A stretch of 63,810 nt of DNA, filler included, from Nitrospirae bacterium CG2_30_53_67 (GTDB taxonomy: Bacteria; CG2-30-53-67): NCBI GenBank assembly GCA_001873285.1. It is 5 parts of 5 records of this genome, joined end to end, with 100 filler letters (N's around TTAATTAATTAA, not from the genome) between each part and the next. Parts side by side here need not be neighbours in the genome. Positions count along the whole stretch, not along the records: positions 27,988 to 43,112 come from MNYV01000079.1; 4 more parts are not named here. One strand, given 5' to 3'. The position numbers and the translations under genes were made by a program. The notes beneath the pieces were generated by a model that saw only the letters and a list, made by a program, of their open reading frames with translations, was not told the DNA's origin and did not search any database. Of the stretch, positions 29,407-38,510 are shown piece after piece (the first letter of the stretch is position 1; each line of letters starts with the position of its first letter).

Positions 29407-30183
29407 ATGAAAAATATTTTTAAAGTGTTGAAGGATTCCATGGAAGCCGCCGCCTTTGCAGAGGCAGGCGAATTCGAGACCGCACGGAGCATGGCGGCAT
29501 CCGGCAAAAAAGAAGAGCAAAAAGTCGTGGACATCAAAAAGACCATGGCAGGGTCCCTGTCGAGACTCGATACCATTGAAGAGGCCATCACCTTTGCCGA
29601 GGCAGGCGAGATCGACACGGCCCGCCGCATCATGAAGCAGTTGAAGGGCCGCAGTTCCGTAAAAAAGGTTCATGCCGACAGCGAAAAACAGGCGCCTTTA
29701 TCGGTCCTGGATAAGATGTCTGAGGCCGTGACCTTTGCCGAGGCAGGGGAACAGGAATACGCCAGGGAGCTGATCGGCAAAAAAGAGACTAAACGGCAGA
29801 AGATCCTGGTGGTCGGGGGCGACGACGGCTTCTCGGAAACGCTCATGAACTACGCCGTTGGCATGGCAGGACGGATGAACTATGAGATTGTCGCCCTCAG
29901 TGTAATTCCCGTCGGGAAACGCATCTTAAATCTCCTGAACGAGAAAAAAGTCGCCGCCGAACTTAAGACCCAGACCCATCAGATGGCCGAGGCTTTCAGA
30001 GCCAAGGCAGAGGGAAAAAAGATACCCTTCACGCACATCGTGAAGTTCGGTCCTTTCGACAGGGTGGTCAAAGAAACGCATAAAGAGGTGAAGAGAATCG
30101 CCTTTGTGCTGGCGGAACCGGATCAGGTTTGTGATGGCGCCACAGGTTCCGTCCCCGTGTTCTGTCTTGCATCCGGAGAATGA
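29407..30183 (+). CDS. FAEAGE-repeat protein with C-terminal USP-like domain
   Basis: Three (A/T)FAEAGE repeats, then KILVVG...YAVGMAGRMNYEIVALSV...FTHIVKFG. Confidence 0.75.
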   Translation: MKNIFKVLKDSMEAAAFAEAGEFETARSMAASGKKEEQKVVDIKKTMAGSLSRLDTIEEAITFAEAGEIDTARRIMKQLKGRSSVKKVHADSEKQAPLSVLDKMSEAVTFAEAGEQEYARELIGKKETKRQKILVVGGDDGFSETLMNYAVGMAGRMNYEIVALSVIPVGKRILNLLNEKKVAAELKTQTHQMAEAFRAKAEGKKIPFTHIVKFGPFDRVVKETHKEVKRIAFVLAEPDQVCDGATGSVPVFCLASGE

Positions 30184-30463
30184 AGTCTTTGAAATCATCG
30201 CTTCTCATGGTATATTAGCCCACCGAGGATCGGCCGGAGAGGCCCTGAACGTCGGGTTTCAAATCCCTGATACGAATAGGGCCGCTTAGACTGCTCCGGC
30301 TCATCTTTGCCAGATTCATCCCCGAGGAACTGCGGGCCGGAAACTCCCCTTTCACACACGGAGGAACACACTCAGAGGAGGGGGACCTTCAGGCCTTTTC
30401 CTTTTTACAACTTGAGAAACAAACGTATTTCATCGGCGCACATCTAAATAGGAGAACGGATCC

Positions 30464-32269
30464 ATGCTGACAACCGATATGATGCTTGTGATGGCTGTGA
30501 TCGCAGCCGCTGTATTTCTTTTCGTTGTGGAATGGGTCAGGGTTGACGTGGTTGCGATCATCGTGATGGTCTCCCTCCCCCTCCTGGGCCTGGTGACCGG
30601 GCAGGAGGCCTTCATGGGGTTCAGCAGTAACGCCGTCATCTCCATTATTGCCGTGATCATCATCGGGGCGGGACTGGACGGGACAGGGATCATGAATAAG
30701 GTGGCCAAACCCATCACGCGCCTTGCCGGGAACAGCGAGGCCAGGCTGATTGCCCTGGTGTCCGGCACCGTGGCCCTGATCTCTTCCTGCATGCAGAATA
30801 TCGGCGCCGTGGCCCTCTTCCTTCCCGCAACGCAGCGGGTCTGCAAAAAGCTCGGCATCGCTCCCTCAAGGGTCTTGATCCCCCTCGGGTTTCTCGGCAT
30901 TATCGGCGGGTGCCTGACCCTGGTAGGTTCCAGTCCGCTGATCCTCCTGAACGACCTCATGGCCACAAAAAATCTGAAACCTTTCGGGCTTTTCGATGTG
31001 ACTCCCGTCGGCGCCGCCCTGGTGATCGCCGCCCTCGCCTATTTCGCCTTCTTCGGAAAATTGGTCTTGCCGAGCACGAGCGGTAAAACCGCGCCCTCAC
31101 AGACCATTGATTTCGGCAAGATCTACTCTTCCGCAAATGAGCTGATCGAGCTCAAATTCCCAAAGGAGTGTGACTGCGAAAAAACCCTGGAACAGATGGC
31201 CATCCGTCCCAACTATCTCGTCACCGTGGTTGCGGTTGCCAAACAGGGGGGAAAGAAAAAGATCATGGCCCCCACCTGGGAGACGATCATCAGCCCGAAT
31301 GACGACATCGCTGTGGTCGGGTCCAGAGAAAACGTCATGCGATTTGCCGAGGATTACAGCATGACGATCAAAGACAAACTCGAGATCTTCGAAGATGAGC
31401 TCTCATCGAGCAGTTCGGGGATGGTCGAGACCATTGTCCCCCCGATGTCCAAGCTCGAGGGAAAGTCCATGAAGGAGGTCCATTTCAGAGCGAAATACCA
31501 GGTCAACCCGATCGCCGTCAAAAGGCAGGACAAGGTCTATTACGGAGGCATCTCCAACATCATCCTTCGGCAGGGGGACGTCCTGCTCCTTCAGGGGATC
31601 TTCGAGAAGTTTGCCATTCTCAAGGAAACCAAAGACCTGGCCTTTCTCACACCCATCGAGACTGAAGTGATGAAAACACAAAAGTCCGGAATGGCCCTTT
31701 TATGCTTTGCCGTCGCCCTTCTCCTCGTCTTATCCGGAAAGGTCAAGCTCTCCCTCGCCCTGATGACCGGCGCTCTCGGGATGATCTTAACGGGAGTGAT
31801 CAACATTGATGAGGCCTATCGTGCCGTAGACTGGAGAACGGTTTTCCTGCTGGCAGGACTGATCCCATTGGGTGTGGCCACGGAAAAGAGCGGAACCGCC
31901 GCCTATATCGCAAATCATATCCTAAAAATGATCGGAGACGTCTCTCCGATCGTCCTTCTGACGGTCATCGGACTGCTCACCTCAGCGTTTACCCTTGTCG
32001 TCTCCAACGTGGGCGCTACGGTCCTCCTCGTCCCTCTGGCCATCAACATGGCCTTGGGCGCCGGAGCGGACCCGAGGATGGCGGCCTTGACCGTGGCCGT
32101 GGCCGCATCCAACGCTTTTGTCCTTCCCACGCATCAGGTCAACGCCTATATCATGGGGCCGGGCGGGTACAGGACCATGGATTACATCAAGGCGGGATCA
32201 ATTATGACCTTCTTATATCTTGCAGTGATGATCGGCGCCATCTATATCTTCTACGGCATATCCGCTTAA
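30464..32269 (+). CDS. SLC13/DASS-family permease with TrkA-C domains
   Basis: GFSSNAVI, MQNIGAV, GGCLTLVGSSP, soluble centre, VDWRTVFLLAGLIPLG, VVSNVGA, PTHQVNAYIMGPGGY. Confidence 0.9.
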   Translation: MLTTDMMLVMAVIAAAVFLFVVEWVRVDVVAIIVMVSLPLLGLVTGQEAFMGFSSNAVISIIAVIIIGAGLDGTGIMNKVAKPITRLAGNSEARLIALVSGTVALISSCMQNIGAVALFLPATQRVCKKLGIAPSRVLIPLGFLGIIGGCLTLVGSSPLILLNDLMATKNLKPFGLFDVTPVGAALVIAALAYFAFFGKLVLPSTSGKTAPSQTIDFGKIYSSANELIELKFPKECDCEKTLEQMAIRPNYLVTVVAVAKQGGKKKIMAPTWETIISPNDDIAVVGSRENVMRFAEDYSMTIKDKLEIFEDELSSSSSGMVETIVPPMSKLEGKSMKEVHFRAKYQVNPIAVKRQDKVYYGGISNIILRQGDVLLLQGIFEKFAILKETKDLAFLTPIETEVMKTQKSGMALLCFAVALLLVLSGKVKLSLALMTGALGMILTGVINIDEAYRAVDWRTVFLLAGLIPLGVATEKSGTAAYIANHILKMIGDVSPIVLLTVIGLLTSAFTLVVSNVGATVLLVPLAINMALGAGADPRMAALTVAVAASNAFVLPTHQVNAYIMGPGGYRTMDYIKAGSIMTFLYLAVMIGAIYIFYGISA

Positions 32270-32271
32270 AA

Positions 32272-32685
32272 TTAGTGCCCCCCGGTCTTCAGAACACCGG
32301 AGGCTGCCAAGACCAGCACCAGCACCTCGATGATGGCGATCACCGCATAAACCGTGTCCTTCTTTCGGAAGAGAATCGGTATGATCCTGATGTAACAGAC
32401 GATGGTCACACCTGCAAGAAAGACAATGCCCACAAAGTTGAGGAAATCCCCATGACCGATTAATCCCACCCAGGACCACCCATGAGGAATCCCTGTCTTT
32501 GCAAGATAGTCATGGACCGGCATGCCCCAGTAGTTCGGGAGATCCCTTACCGGAAGATAAGGGGTAAGGATCCCCGTAAGATAAACGGTAAAAGTCACCA
32601 TAAGCATCAGCAGTCCGAATTTCATCCCCTTGTCCAGAATCGCGGCATAGGCAAGCTGTTCTTCCGTGGCCTTTATCTTTTTCAT
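32272..32685 (-). CDS. DUF1634-like membrane protein
   Basis: EQLAYAAIL..G, YWGMPV, GWSW, GDFLNFVGI; follows the TauE gene. Confidence 0.75.
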   Translation of the reverse strand: MKKIKATEEQLAYAAILDKGMKFGLLMLMVTFTVYLTGILTPYLPVRDLPNYWGMPVHDYLAKTGIPHGWSWVGLIGHGDFLNFVGIVFLAGVTIVCYIRIIPILFRKKDTVYAVIAIIEVLVLVLAASGVLKTGGH

Positions 32686-32712
32686 TTTGATTTTCCCCTC
32701 TTTCAGCAAAAG

Positions 32713-33678
32713 TTAATTCCAGATACCCAGCCCTTTCAACAAGGCACGAAGCCCGGCAAAAGAGAGCATGGTGATGACGATGTATTTAACGGCAGCCGGT
32801 TTTGTCCTCGTAAGGATCTGGACCCCGACGATGGAGCCGAACATGATCCCGATGATGGAAGGGACCACGATCATGGGGAGCACGGCCCCGTTGTTCACAT
32901 AGATCCATGCCGCTGAAGTGTCCGTGATGGAGAGCAGGAATTTACTGGTCGCAACAGAGACCTTGAGCGGGGCCCCCATCATCAGGTTCAGGACCGGCAC
33001 ATTGGCCCAGCCGGCGCCGAGACCAAACATTCCTGCCATAATGCCGACAAGGACAAAGGTGGCAAGGGCCTGGGGGGTCCTGTGTACCTGCCAGTTGATC
33101 TCCTGATCGGATGAGACCTCATAATAGATCCCGTTGATTCTGAGCGCCGTGGAAAGGGCGTCCGGTTCCTTCACCTCCGGGAACTCGGACTTCTTGGCCA
33201 TCAACATGATGACCACGATCCCGAGAATGGTGGCGCCCAGAGCGGTTTGAACGACGTTCGTGGGCAGCGCAAGACCGATCATCGCGCCCACAATGGCACA
33301 GGCCGAGGCAATCACCGCCACGGGGATGACCAGTCTCAGATCCGCAAGCCCTTTTTTCAGAAGCCCGGGACCCGCGGCAAGGGCGCCTGCCAGGGCGACC
33401 AGGAGTCCGGCCCCTCTGACAAAATCAAGGTGAAACGGGAAGAAGCCTCCGATAATCGGCACAAAGAGCACGCCCCCTCCAACCCCGCCGAGAACGGCCA
33501 GAATCCCGAGGATGAAAGTGACGACAAAGAGGATCAACGGCCACGCCCACCAGGGGAGGCTTGATTGCTGGGCTGCGGCCTCCATGGCATGTTCCCCGCC
33601 AAAGGCGATCCCCGACAGGCTCAACCCGATCACTGCGGCTATGGCAAACCATAAAGAACCCCGTCTCCAACCACCCAT
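32713..33678 (-). CDS. Sulfite exporter TauE/SafE family protein
   Basis: GVGGGVLFVP and GLGAGWANVP repeats, ATSKF; AAGGAGG RBS. Confidence 0.9.
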   Translation of the reverse strand: MGGWRRGSLWFAIAAVIGLSLSGIAFGGEHAMEAAAQQSSLPWWAWPLILFVVTFILGILAVLGGVGGGVLFVPIIGGFFPFHLDFVRGAGLLVALAGALAAGPGLLKKGLADLRLVIPVAVIASACAIVGAMIGLALPTNVVQTALGATILGIVVIMLMAKKSEFPEVKEPDALSTALRINGIYYEVSSDQEINWQVHRTPQALATFVLVGIMAGMFGLGAGWANVPVLNLMMGAPLKVSVATSKFLLSITDTSAAWIYVNNGAVLPMIVVPSIIGIMFGSIVGVQILTRTKPAAVKYIVITMLSFAGLRALLKGLGIWN

Positions 33679-33708
33679 TTCAATGGCCTCCTTATTCAGA
33701 TGCTTTCT

Positions 33709-33746
33709 TGTTGTACATTGCAACAGGGATGTTACAAATCAAAAAT
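33709..33746. promoter_or_regulatory. Palindromic site similar to the 29242-29278 UAS
   Basis: tgttgtacattgcaaca plus a weaker tgttacaaatcaaaa 21 bp away. Confidence 0.55.
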
Positions 33747-33956
33747 CGGCATATATTAATATGTTTTATTTTTATTGTCAATAAACTTTAATCTGTTTCA
33801 TTAATGCTTGAATTCATGCCTTTTTTTTATTATACTCCCCCATCATCTGATATATATTCATTCAACGCTTCAATGACCGGAAAGGACATATTCCCTTCAA
33901 CCTATTATAGCCCGGTTTGATTCGGATATTCCGGGAAAGGGGCATGGAAAGAACCC

Positions 33957-35687
33957 GTGCAAAAGATCATTCATTATCTAAAAGACCTTCTTTTTTTCCG
34001 GCCCTGTGATACCCTGAGCTACTCAGGCAAAATCCGGGACAGGCGTTTAAGAATCAGACTGATATTAATGATTGCGCCCCTTTCTCTGTTCCCGCTCTTC
34101 ATCGTGATGACCGTAAGCTACTTCTGGCTGCAAAACCTCCTGAAAGAAGATTTCCAGAACCAGTTGAGATGGGATCTTGAGAACACGAAGAACTCGATTG
34201 AGTTTTTCGTAAACGTGAAGCTCTCGGCTCTCAGGTTTCTTGCCTCCGGCCATCGGTACGAACAACTATCGAATCAGAAGATACTGGCCGACGTCTTTAC
34301 CGCCTTCAAACAGGAATTCGGTCAGGTGGTTGACCTTGGCCTGATTGACGCAGAAGGTATCCAGCAATCCTATGCCGGCCCTTATCATCTGAAAGGCAAG
34401 GACTATTCCAATCAGGAATGGTTCCATCAAGCGGTTGCCCGTGGGATCTACGTCAGCGACGTCTTTATGGGTTATCGAAAAGTCCCTCATTTTGCGATCG
34501 CTGTAAAGAAAGAAGTTCCTGAAGAAGGAAGCTTCTGGATTATCCGTGCGACCATTAATATGGAAACCCTCAACAGTTTTGTATCCTCCATCAATCTCAA
34601 CAGTGAGGATGACGCCTTTATCATCAATGAGAGCGGCATCCTGCAGACCCCTTCCCGCTTCTATGGAAATGTTCTGGAACAGTACCCGTTACGGAACACA
34701 CTCAATCAACGGGGCGTCTCGGTGTTGAATACAAAGCAGGCGAATGGGAAACCTGCCATGTTCGGATATGCCTATATCAAGGACTCACCCTGGATCTTAT
34801 GCACAGTCATCAAATCAAGACCGGATACAAAAATAGCAAGGTTGTTCCAGGGAGAATTCTTTGCGATCCTGATAGGGAGCTTATTATTTGTCATCCTGAT
34901 GGCCATGCGCATGGCCCAGATCATGGTCAACTGGATCAAAGACTGCGATCAGAAAAGAGAAGCCGCGCTTTCCGAAGCGGAACATGCCAGTAAACTGGCA
35001 TCCGTGGGCCGCCTTGCCGCCGGCGTCGCTCACGAAATAAACAACCCGCTGGCGATCATCAACGAAAAGGCCGGCTTGATAAAAGATATTCTTGCCATGA
35101 GCGGGGACGTCTCTGCACACAGGGAAAAGATCCTGAACTCCGTCAAGGGCATACTCGACAGCGTGAACCGCTCCAGCGCCATTACCCACCGTCTCCTGGG
35201 ATTCTCCCGCCGTATGGACGTGACCCCGGAGCTTTTTGATGTCAATGACGTGATCAAAGAGGTTCTCGGTTTCCTCGAAAAAGAGATCCTGTTCAGAGAC
35301 ATCCGTCTGATACAGGATCTCAAAGAAGGTCTCCCGATCATTCAGAGCAACAGGGGGCGGCTGCAGCAGGTATTCCTGAACATTATCAATAATGCCATTG
35401 ATGCGGTGAATACCGGCGGCTGCATTGATATAGCCTCAAAGGTCAAAGACGAGAATACAATTTATGTGGTCGTCAAAGACAACGGCAAGGGAATACCCAA
35501 AGCGGCGCTCAAGCATATCTTTGAGCCCTTCTTTACCACAAAAGAAAAAGAGAAGGGGACCGGGCTCGGCCTTTTCATATCATACGGGATTATTAAACAA
35601 TTAGGAGGGAATATCCTTGTTGAAAGCGAAGTCAAGAAGGGGACCGTCTTTACCATTGAACTCCCTCTGATATCTGCCGCAGGTTAA
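33957..35687 (+). CDS. Membrane sensor histidine kinase with Cache-like domain
   Basis: 2 TM; YSNQEWF; AGVAHEINNPL H-box; NIINNA, DNGKGI, FEPFFTTK, GTGLGL. Confidence 0.95.
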   Translation: MQKIIHYLKDLLFFRPCDTLSYSGKIRDRRLRIRLILMIAPLSLFPLFIVMTVSYFWLQNLLKEDFQNQLRWDLENTKNSIEFFVNVKLSALRFLASGHRYEQLSNQKILADVFTAFKQEFGQVVDLGLIDAEGIQQSYAGPYHLKGKDYSNQEWFHQAVARGIYVSDVFMGYRKVPHFAIAVKKEVPEEGSFWIIRATINMETLNSFVSSINLNSEDDAFIINESGILQTPSRFYGNVLEQYPLRNTLNQRGVSVLNTKQANGKPAMFGYAYIKDSPWILCTVIKSRPDTKIARLFQGEFFAILIGSLLFVILMAMRMAQIMVNWIKDCDQKREAALSEAEHASKLASVGRLAAGVAHEINNPLAIINEKAGLIKDILAMSGDVSAHREKILNSVKGILDSVNRSSAITHRLLGFSRRMDVTPELFDVNDVIKEVLGFLEKEILFRDIRLIQDLKEGLPIIQSNRGRLQQVFLNIINNAIDAVNTGGCIDIASKVKDENTIYVVVKDNGKGIPKAALKHIFEPFFTTKEKEKGTGLGLFISYGIIKQLGGNILVESEVKKGTVFTIELPLISAAG

Positions 35688-35701
35688 GTGGAGATTCACC
35701 G

Positions 35702-36079
35702 ATGCCGCGCACCAAAGTGCTTCTAATTGATGATGAAGCGGAATTTGTAACAGCGCTTGCAGAACGGCTGCAGTTACGCAATTACGATGCGACCGCGGTA
35801 TTCTGCGCCGATGATGCCTTCTCGGCTTTTCTCAAAAACCCTCCGGATGTGGTATTGCTGGACCTGAAAATGCCAGGAATGGACGGCACGGAAGTGCTGA
35901 AGACCCTTAAACTGTATGACCCTTCCGTGGAGGTGATTATCCTGACCGGTCTCGGAGCGGAACAGAGCGGCAACGAAGGGATCAGGAGAGGTGCTTTTGA
36001 TTATGTGGTGAAGCCGGTGGATATTGACGACCTCACCGTAAAAATCGACCAGGCCAAGAAAAAAAAGGATAAGGAATAA
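35702..36079 (+). CDS. Single-domain response regulator
   Basis: VLLIDDE, LLDLKMPG, LTG, KP. Confidence 0.93.
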   Translation: MPRTKVLLIDDEAEFVTALAERLQLRNYDATAVFCADDAFSAFLKNPPDVVLLDLKMPGMDGTEVLKTLKLYDPSVEVIILTGLGAEQSGNEGIRRGAFDYVVKPVDIDDLTVKIDQAKKKKDKE

Positions 36080-36082
36080 TCT

Positions 36083-36751
36083 ATGCACAATGAGACCGAA
36101 CAGGCGTTAAGAAACCTGCAACGCCTCTTCATGGGAAAAATTCTTGCCGGTTTTACTCATGAGATGAAGAACTATCTTGCAATTATCAAGGAATCCTCCG
36201 GCCTGATGCAGGACCTGATCTCTATGGGAAAATCTTCATCGAAAAAGGATGCTCACCCTTTGGTACCGTCTCTTCAATTAATTGATGAGCAGGTTGACAG
36301 AAGCATCCATATACTGAATCACCTGAACCGCTTTGCACACCGGATGGACAGACCTTCTTCCAGTTTTCTTGTTCATGATATCCTGGAGGAACTTATGGTC
36401 CTCATGAGCCGGTTTGCAAACCAGAAAAAAATCATCCTTGAGAAAGATTTTCAAAAAAACATCCCCGCGATCATCTCTGATCCGGCAAGACTTCAATGCC
36501 TGATCTACTGCCTGATTGAAGAGAAGCTAAACAGGCTCGATGCCAACAGCAAAATTACCCTTCAAACATCCTCCTCAAAGGACAATATACTGATCCGGCT
36601 GGTTCCAAAGGGGAATACCCTGAACAAGGAAAACGAAAATGGCCTGCCATCTCATGAAGTTCTGCAGGAGATCATACGGGATTTGCATGGAGAACTTGCT
36701 CATGAGGAGAATGAAGCGATAACCATAAAACTCCCTTTGTCCCAAGAGTGA
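36083..36751 (+). CDS. HisKA-containing protein with degenerate ATPase domain (phosphotransferase-like)
   Basis: AGFTHEMKNYL H-box; no N, G1, F or G2 boxes; no sensor domain. Confidence 0.75.
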   Translation: MHNETEQALRNLQRLFMGKILAGFTHEMKNYLAIIKESSGLMQDLISMGKSSSKKDAHPLVPSLQLIDEQVDRSIHILNHLNRFAHRMDRPSSSFLVHDILEELMVLMSRFANQKKIILEKDFQKNIPAIISDPARLQCLIYCLIEEKLNRLDANSKITLQTSSSKDNILIRLVPKGNTLNKENENGLPSHEVLQEIIRDLHGELAHEENEAITIKLPLSQE

Positions 36752-36873
36752 TTCTACACCCGCTTGCCGGGTGGAAAATCACTTGTTTTTACCCCTTGGA
36801 AATCAGTATTTGCTTGACAAGATAGTGTTATTATATTTATTTTATAACCATCAGAATAATAAGGAGTCACCTT

Positions 36874-37329
36874 ATGAAAGATATTAAGGTATTGCTGGTG
36901 GACGACGAAGAGGCCTTCGTCAACACACTGGCTCAGCGGTTAAAGATGCGGGATCTGAAAGTGGAAACCGTGTATAACGGCGAAGAGGCCCTTTCTTATG
37001 TCAAGGAAAAGGAACCGGATGTCATGGTATTAGACCTGAAAATGCCGGGCCTACATGGCATGGATGTTCTGCGGAAGATCAGAAAGGCCTATCCAAACAT
37101 CCAGGTGATTGTCTTGACCGGCCATGGTACGGAAAAAGATGAGATCGAGGCCAAAAGACTCGGCGGTTTCGACTTTCTCAAGAAACCGGCGGACATTGAG
37201 ACCCTGGTCAGTAAAATCAGGGTGGCCTATAAGGAAAAACTGGAAAGGGCCATGACCGCCGTTGCTTTTGCCGAAAGCGGTGAGTTTGACACAGCACGGG
37301 AAATCATGAATGAAGAGGAAAACGATTAA
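36874..37329 (+). CDS. Response regulator with C-terminal FAESGE tail
   Basis: VLLVDDE, VLDLKMPG, LTGHG, KP, then MTAVAFAESGEFDTAREIM. Confidence 0.93.
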   Translation: MKDIKVLLVDDEEAFVNTLAQRLKMRDLKVETVYNGEEALSYVKEKEPDVMVLDLKMPGLHGMDVLRKIRKAYPNIQVIVLTGHGTEKDEIEAKRLGGFDFLKKPADIETLVSKIRVAYKEKLERAMTAVAFAESGEFDTAREIMNEEEND

Positions 37330-37344
37330 ACTGCACAGGAGGAA

Positions 37345-37791
37345 ATGGGGATGTCCGAGGAAATAAAAGCCAATGTTCTATTAGTGGACGATGAAGAGAA
37401 GTTTATAGAGGTCCTTTCTCAAAGACTTGAGGGACGGGGACTGAAAGTGGATATCTCGACCAGCGGTGAAAATGCCCTGAAGCGGGTGAAAGATAAAGAC
37501 TTTGACGCGATTGTTCTGGATCTGGCCATGCCGGGACTCGACGGCATTGAGACCATCCGGCGCATGAGGAAGATGAATCCGGATCTTCAAATCATCATGC
37601 TCACAGGACATGCCACGGTGGAGAAGGGCGTCGCCGCCATCAAGGAAGGGGCCGCAGATCTTTTAGAGAAACCTGTGGATCTCAACAAGCTCCTCTTGAA
37701 GATCGAAGAAGCCAAACACAAAAAGATCCTCATCGTTGAAAAAGAACATGAGGAAAAAATTAAGGAAATATTAAAGACCAAAAGCTGGTAA
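37345..37791 (+). CDS. Single-domain response regulator
   Basis: VLLVDDE, VLDLAMPG, LTGHA, EKP. Confidence 0.93.
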   Translation: MGMSEEIKANVLLVDDEEKFIEVLSQRLEGRGLKVDISTSGENALKRVKDKDFDAIVLDLAMPGLDGIETIRRMRKMNPDLQIIMLTGHATVEKGVAAIKEGAADLLEKPVDLNKLLLKIEEAKHKKILIVEKEHEEKIKEILKTKSW

Positions 37792-37888
37792 GCTCCGTTG
37801 GAGAACAAAGCTCTCTATCCCCGTTATCTTCTCTGCCATACCCACGACCAGAATTTCTTACTTTCCTTCCACAGCATGCGAAATTGGC

Positions 37889-38086
37889 CTTGACAAAAAA
37901 GTAAAGCAGATTGCCTTCCTCAAGGAAAACCCCCGCCGTCAATCCCTCAAAATTCACAAACTGGAAGGGTCGGACTTTTGGGAGTTCTATGTAGACGATT
38001 TTTACCGGTGCGTATTCCAGCAGGAGGGGAACGTGTACCGCCTCTATTTCGTCGGAACGCACAAACTGATCGACAGGTTCAAGTGA
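37889..38086 (+). pseudogene. RelE/YafQ-like toxin fragment lacking a start codon
   Basis: LDKKVKQIAFLKENPRRQSLKIHKLEGSDFWEFYVDDFYRCVFQQEGNVYRLYFVGTHKLIDRFK*; no in-frame ATG/GTG/TTG back to the TAA at 37772. Confidence 0.65.
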
Positions 38087-38174
38087 TGTTTGATTCATGG
38101 AAAATAACATTGCAGCTGGATTATAAAGGCTTTTTATGCTATCGTAACTTTTGATAAGAAAGGATAGCGGAGCC

Positions 38175-38429
38175 ATGAAAGACCATATCACGAAATCGGA
38201 AGCCCGCGCTTTTAAGGCGCGCTGGACTTCCGTGAATCTCGCGGAGAAGAGAGAACTGCGCACAACTCCTTTCGAGCAAAAGGCGAAGCAGCTCGCTGCA
38301 CTAATGGAATCGGCAGAGGGGATGGGCTGGAAAGAAACGCTTGCATCGGAGGAATCCATGGTACGGGATCAGATAGACATAGGCCGTGCAGATGATCACC
38401 GACTCGATCATGAGAAAAATCCCCCTTGA
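38175..38429 (+). CDS. Small hypothetical protein, antitoxin-like, possibly with a replaced C-terminus
   Basis: EARAFKARW..VNLAEKRELRTTPFEQKAKQLAALM; GGAG RBS. Confidence 0.45.
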   Translation: MKDHITKSEARAFKARWTSVNLAEKRELRTTPFEQKAKQLAALMESAEGMGWKETLASEESMVRDQIDIGRADDHRLDHEKNPP

Positions 38430-38510
38430 ATTTCTTTGCCTAAACTGTTTATAATCTTCCAGGTTTTCAAGATTTTTCTATAATTGAGATTTATTTACAG
38501 AGAGTGGAAA

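Noticed and set aside
30190..30460. Riboswitch upstream of the SLC13 transporter
   Set aside because: No recognisable aptamer consensus; only a MITE half-end and weak hairpins. An Rfam scan would settle it.
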